DNA from: an uncultured Aquifex sp.
Lineage (GTDB): Bacteria > Aquificota > Aquificia > Aquificales > QOAS01
NCBI GenBank assembly: GCA_964571355.1
Contig: CAZNBH010000001.1
Location: forward strand, 1 to 28,133
Direction: 5' to 3'
Length of the DNA stretch: 28,133 bases
In this document: positions 25,702-28,133 of the stretch, piece by piece
How positions within the stretch are numbered: the stretch's first letter is position 1
Layout of the letters: the number at the start of each line of letters is the position of its first letter
Translations under genes and position numbers: made by a program
The notes under the pieces: generated by a model
Told to the model about the DNA's origin: nothing
Database searches by the model: none
What the model saw: the letters and a program-made list of their open reading frames with translations, nothing else

Positions 25702-25773
25702 AGGTTATTAGGATTTGCTAATCCCGCCGTAAGGGAGTAATAACCTGCCGATACCCTTTAAAGGGTCTTTTTT
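25702..25773. ncRNA. Candidate structured RNA element (no known family recognised)
   Basis: 9-bp stem AGGTTATTA/TAATAACCT encloses GGATT-tgct-AATCC and CC-GTAA-GG, followed by the palindrome ACCCTTTAAAGGGT plus CTTTTTT. Confidence 0.3.
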
Positions 25774-25823
25774 AAAAGGAAACCTTTAAGGGAAAAAACG
25801 ATTTTGAACCCTTTAAAGGTCTT

Positions 25824-26216
25824 TTATTTTTTCACGACCAACGCCAAGAGGGTTTCGTAAATTTCCCTCTCCTTTTCAATGGCCTCCATCTCCTCGCGGG
25901 TTTTTGCGGCGGCGAGTTTTTTAACTATTTCCTCGTATTTCTTTTTAACCTCTCCGGGGTCGATGTCCCCTATGGGGGTAGCCTCCTCCGCCAACACGTT
26001 CACCTTTTTTCCGGTAACTTCGACAAAACCGTCGGTTACGAAAAAGCCCTCCTCTTTATTTCCGTTGAAGTAAATCAAACCGGGCTTTAGGGAGGACATT
26101 AAAGGCATGTGGTTTTCCAAAACACCGATTTCCCCCTCTTCGGTGGGAATGTTTACCAGTTCAACCTCACCGGTATATGCGTAACCCTTGGGGGTAACTA
26201 TCTCGACCTTAATCAT
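25824..26216 (-). CDS. atpC: F1Fo ATP synthase epsilon subunit
   Basis: VEIVTP, PTEEGEIGVLENHMP, LKPG, GFVEV and VLAEEA, with a C-terminal helical hairpin. Confidence 0.92.
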   Translation of the reverse strand: MIKVEIVTPKGYAYTGEVELVNIPTEEGEIGVLENHMPLMSSLKPGLIYFNGNKEEGFFVTDGFVEVTGKKVNVLAEEATPIGDIDPGEVKKKYEEIVKKLAAAKTREEMEAIEKEREIYETLLALVVKK

Positions 26217-26255
26217 AAGGAAAGAAATTATAGGGGAACAAAAGGGGGGATAAAT

Positions 26256-26684
26256 TTAAAATTGCTCCAACCTCGAAAAGATATAGCAGATTTCGTATTG
26301 GGCGCTTTCGGGGCTATCGGAGGCGTGAACGGCGTTTTTACCCTTATCGGTTCCGAATTGAGCCCTTATCGAGTTGGGGGCTACCTTCCTCGCCTCTTCG
26401 CTATCGGTGGGACCTATAATTTCCCTAACCCTTTTGATGGCGTTTTCCCCTTCCAAAACCATAGCCACCACGGGTCCGCTGGTCATAAATTCGACCAACT
26501 CTTGGAAGAAAGGTCTTTCCCTGTGAACGTAGTAGAAACCTTCGGCTTGCTCCTTGGTGAATTTAAACATCTTTAGGGCTTTTAGCTCCAAACCCTCTTG
26601 GATAAAACGGTCGATTATTTTCCCGGTTGCACCCTTCGCAAAGGCATCGGGTTTAATAATTACCAAAGTCCTTTCTACCGCCAT
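26256..26684 (-). CDS. ndk: Nucleoside diphosphate kinase
   Basis: ERTLVIIKPDA, FMTSGPVVAM, IRAQFG and KNAVHASDS. Confidence 0.96.
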   Translation of the reverse strand: MAVERTLVIIKPDAFAKGATGKIIDRFIQEGLELKALKMFKFTKEQAEGFYYVHRERPFFQELVEFMTSGPVVAMVLEGENAIKRVREIIGPTDSEEARKVAPNSIRAQFGTDKGKNAVHASDSPESAQYEICYIFSRLEQF

Positions 26685-26703
26685 GGGTCTTTAATTGTAT
26701 TTG

Positions 26704-27045
26704 ATGCTCCCCAATTGGCTCCGATTGCTTATTTTTTTCCTCCTAACCCTTTTGGTGACGAACCTATTTTTGAACCTTCCCAAAAAGGGGATTTTTGAAA
26801 ACGCAAACACCCCCGTGGCGGTGTTAGAGCAAAATAAAACATACACCTGTATAGCCGATAAAATCGAAGGTTGCACCCTTTGGTGTTACGAAATAAACAC
26901 CGCCACCCCCTTGAAGTTGAGACCGGAAAATTGCGAAACCCTAAAGGGGATAAAAAAGGGGGAACAAATCACCTTTAAGGTGGAAAACCTACCCTATCAC
27001 AACGACGGTTCTATTCCCGTTGTCCTTTTAGGTGGGAGAGAATAA
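26704..27045 (+). CDS. Small membrane-anchored hypothetical protein with four Cys
   Basis: TM segment LRLLIFFLLTLLVTNLFLNL followed by a beta-rich domain. It fills the gap between ndk and engB. Alternative start TTG 26695. Confidence 0.6.
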   Translation: MLPNWLRLLIFFLLTLLVTNLFLNLPKKGIFENANTPVAVLEQNKTYTCIADKIEGCTLWCYEINTATPLKLRPENCETLKGIKKGEQITFKVENLPYHNDGSIPVVLLGGRE

Positions 27046-27601
27046 CCTTTAGGAGTTTGTCCTTTCCTCTTTTTTCCTTCGAAGAGGTTTGAACAACTTC
27101 CTCCACGCCGAGCTCCTTAAGCTTTTTCAGAGTTTTGGCTATTTCGCTTTGGGTTGCCTTATCGGTTTTGGTAAGGACCACAACGTAGGGAATACCGAGG
27201 TAGTCGAGCCATTCGAGCATTGCCACGTCGTCACGGGTAGGTCCAACCTTCGCGTCCACGAGAACCAAAACGAGGGCTATATCCCTCCCCTTTTTGTGGA
27301 AATACCCCTCTATTAACCTCTTCCAGTTTTCTACTTCCTTTTTGTCCCCCCTTGCGAACCCATAACCGGGTAGGTCTACTAAATAAGCCTTTACCCCTTC
27401 AAAGTTCCACTTGAAGTAGTTTATAGACCTCGTCCTACCGGGGGTTTTCCCCACCTTTGCTATATTTCTCCCCGTGAGGTAGTTCAAAAGGCTCGATTTT
27501 CCCACATTGGAGCGACCCACGAAAACAATATCCCTTCGGTTTTCAACAACGGGGGGTAAATCCTCCAGTTTGAAAACGCTCTTTACAAATTCCACTCCCA
27601 T
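27011..27601 (-). CDS. engB: Ribosome biogenesis GTPase EngB/YihA/YsxC
   Basis: G1 GRSNVGKSS, GKTPGRTRSIN, G3 DLPGYG and G4 TKTDK. Confidence 0.95.
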   Translation of the reverse strand: MGVEFVKSVFKLEDLPPVVENRRDIVFVGRSNVGKSSLLNYLTGRNIAKVGKTPGRTRSINYFKWNFEGVKAYLVDLPGYGFARGDKKEVENWKRLIEGYFHKKGRDIALVLVLVDAKVGPTRDDVAMLEWLDYLGIPYVVVLTKTDKATQSEIAKTLKKLKELGVEEVVQTSSKEKRGKDKLLKVILSHLKGQRE

Positions 27602-27658
27602 AATGGGATTAAAAATTTTTGTAGCCTTTCCTTATTAGTGAATACTAATTTTAAACCT

Positions 27659-28133
27659 ATGCTGGAACGGCTCCTTTTGAAAAAAACCGTTGAGGGGATA
27701 AACAACTTCTTTAAAAAACCCGTTATAGGGGTAAAGCTCGAAAATTGGGTTTACCCCGAAGGGGCGGAGAATTACGTCGTTATTAAAAACCCCTCGGTGG
27801 TCAAAAGGTTTTTAAAAAACCCCGAAATGGGTTTCGGGGAAGGATACACCGAGGGGGATATAGAAATAGAGGGGGACCTCGAAAAGGTTCTCGAATATGG
27901 TCTCACCTATTACAGGAGGTTTGAAAGAAGTAGTTCCCCTATATGGAAATTCGTTAAGCTTCTTACTCACTTTTCGAAGGAAGAGGATAGAAAGAACATA
28001 GAGCACCACTACGATATTGGTAACGACTTTTACAGGCTCTGGCTCGATGAAAGTTTAACCTACTCCTGTGCCTTTTTCCCTTCCAAGGACTGCTCCCTCG
28101 AAGAGGCTCAAAAGAAAAAAAGGGAAATATCGC
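27659..28133 (+). CDS. cfa: Cyclopropane-fatty-acyl-phospholipid synthase family methyltransferase (3'-truncated; absent from the ORF track)
   Basis: Hand translation from ATG 27659: MLERLLLKK...MGFGEGYTEGDIEIEGDL...NIEHHYDIGNDFYRLWLDESLTYSCAFF...LEEAQKKK, open to the window end. Confidence 0.88.
   Translation, partial: MLERLLLKKTVEGINNFFKKPVIGVKLENWVYPEGAENYVVIKNPSVVKRFLKNPEMGFGEGYTEGDIEIEGDLEKVLEYGLTYYRRFERSSSPIWKFVKLLTHFSKEEDRKNIEHHYDIGNDFYRLWLDESLTYSCAFFPSKDCSLEEAQKKKREIS

Noticed and set aside
25699-25750. Known riboswitch or SRP RNA (local resemblance: AGAGGTT to preQ1-I, TGCTAATCC to SAM-I, CGCCGTAAGGGAGTAA to glycine/SRP, ACCTGCC to cobalamin)
   Set aside because: Each match is a short fragment. 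The required companion helices and conserved cores are missing, and the resemblances are on the strand opposite the flanking genes.
1-28133. CRISPR array to accompany cas6
   Set aside because: No regularly spaced 23-47 bp repeats were seen, and no intergenic spacer is long enough (largest about 160 bp).
1-28133. tRNA, rRNA, transposase or integrase
   Set aside because: No cloverleaf or T-loop motif, rRNA-like tract or recombinase motifs were seen; nearly all of the sequence is accounted for by protein genes.

Overview
Compact, gene-dense bacterial chromosome segment, most likely from a thermophile of the Aquificota. This is an inference from the two-domain DUF507 protein, the long QueH, the insertion-bearing QueD and a detached atpC. 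There are about 33 CDS, two of them truncated by the window edges (GlnE-like at left, Cfa at right). No tRNA, rRNA, IS element or CRISPR array was seen. The centrepiece is a 9.5 kb, 11-gene complex-I-like operon (A-B-C-D-H-I-J-K-L-M-N, 9940-19405) with no NADH-input genes (nuoEFG) in the window. Its D subunit keeps one Cys of each [NiFe]-hydrogenase motif (RICFID and ICHGDLDR) and lacks the quinone-site His/Tyr. Its B subunit has a hybrid CxxCC motif. The peripheral arm thus resembles archaeal MBS/Fpo-type enzymes on a full three-antiporter complex I membrane arm. Other points of interest: an orphan, apparently degenerate Cas6 in a rhodanese-cas6-methyltransferase operon; a low-GC VapC toxin with an unrecognised partner and a four-box operator; an adaptor-less RND pump between queH and queD; a candidate structured RNA at 25702-25773; and several promoters directly abutting start codons. 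Motif comparisons with reference proteins are from recall and need alignment to confirm.
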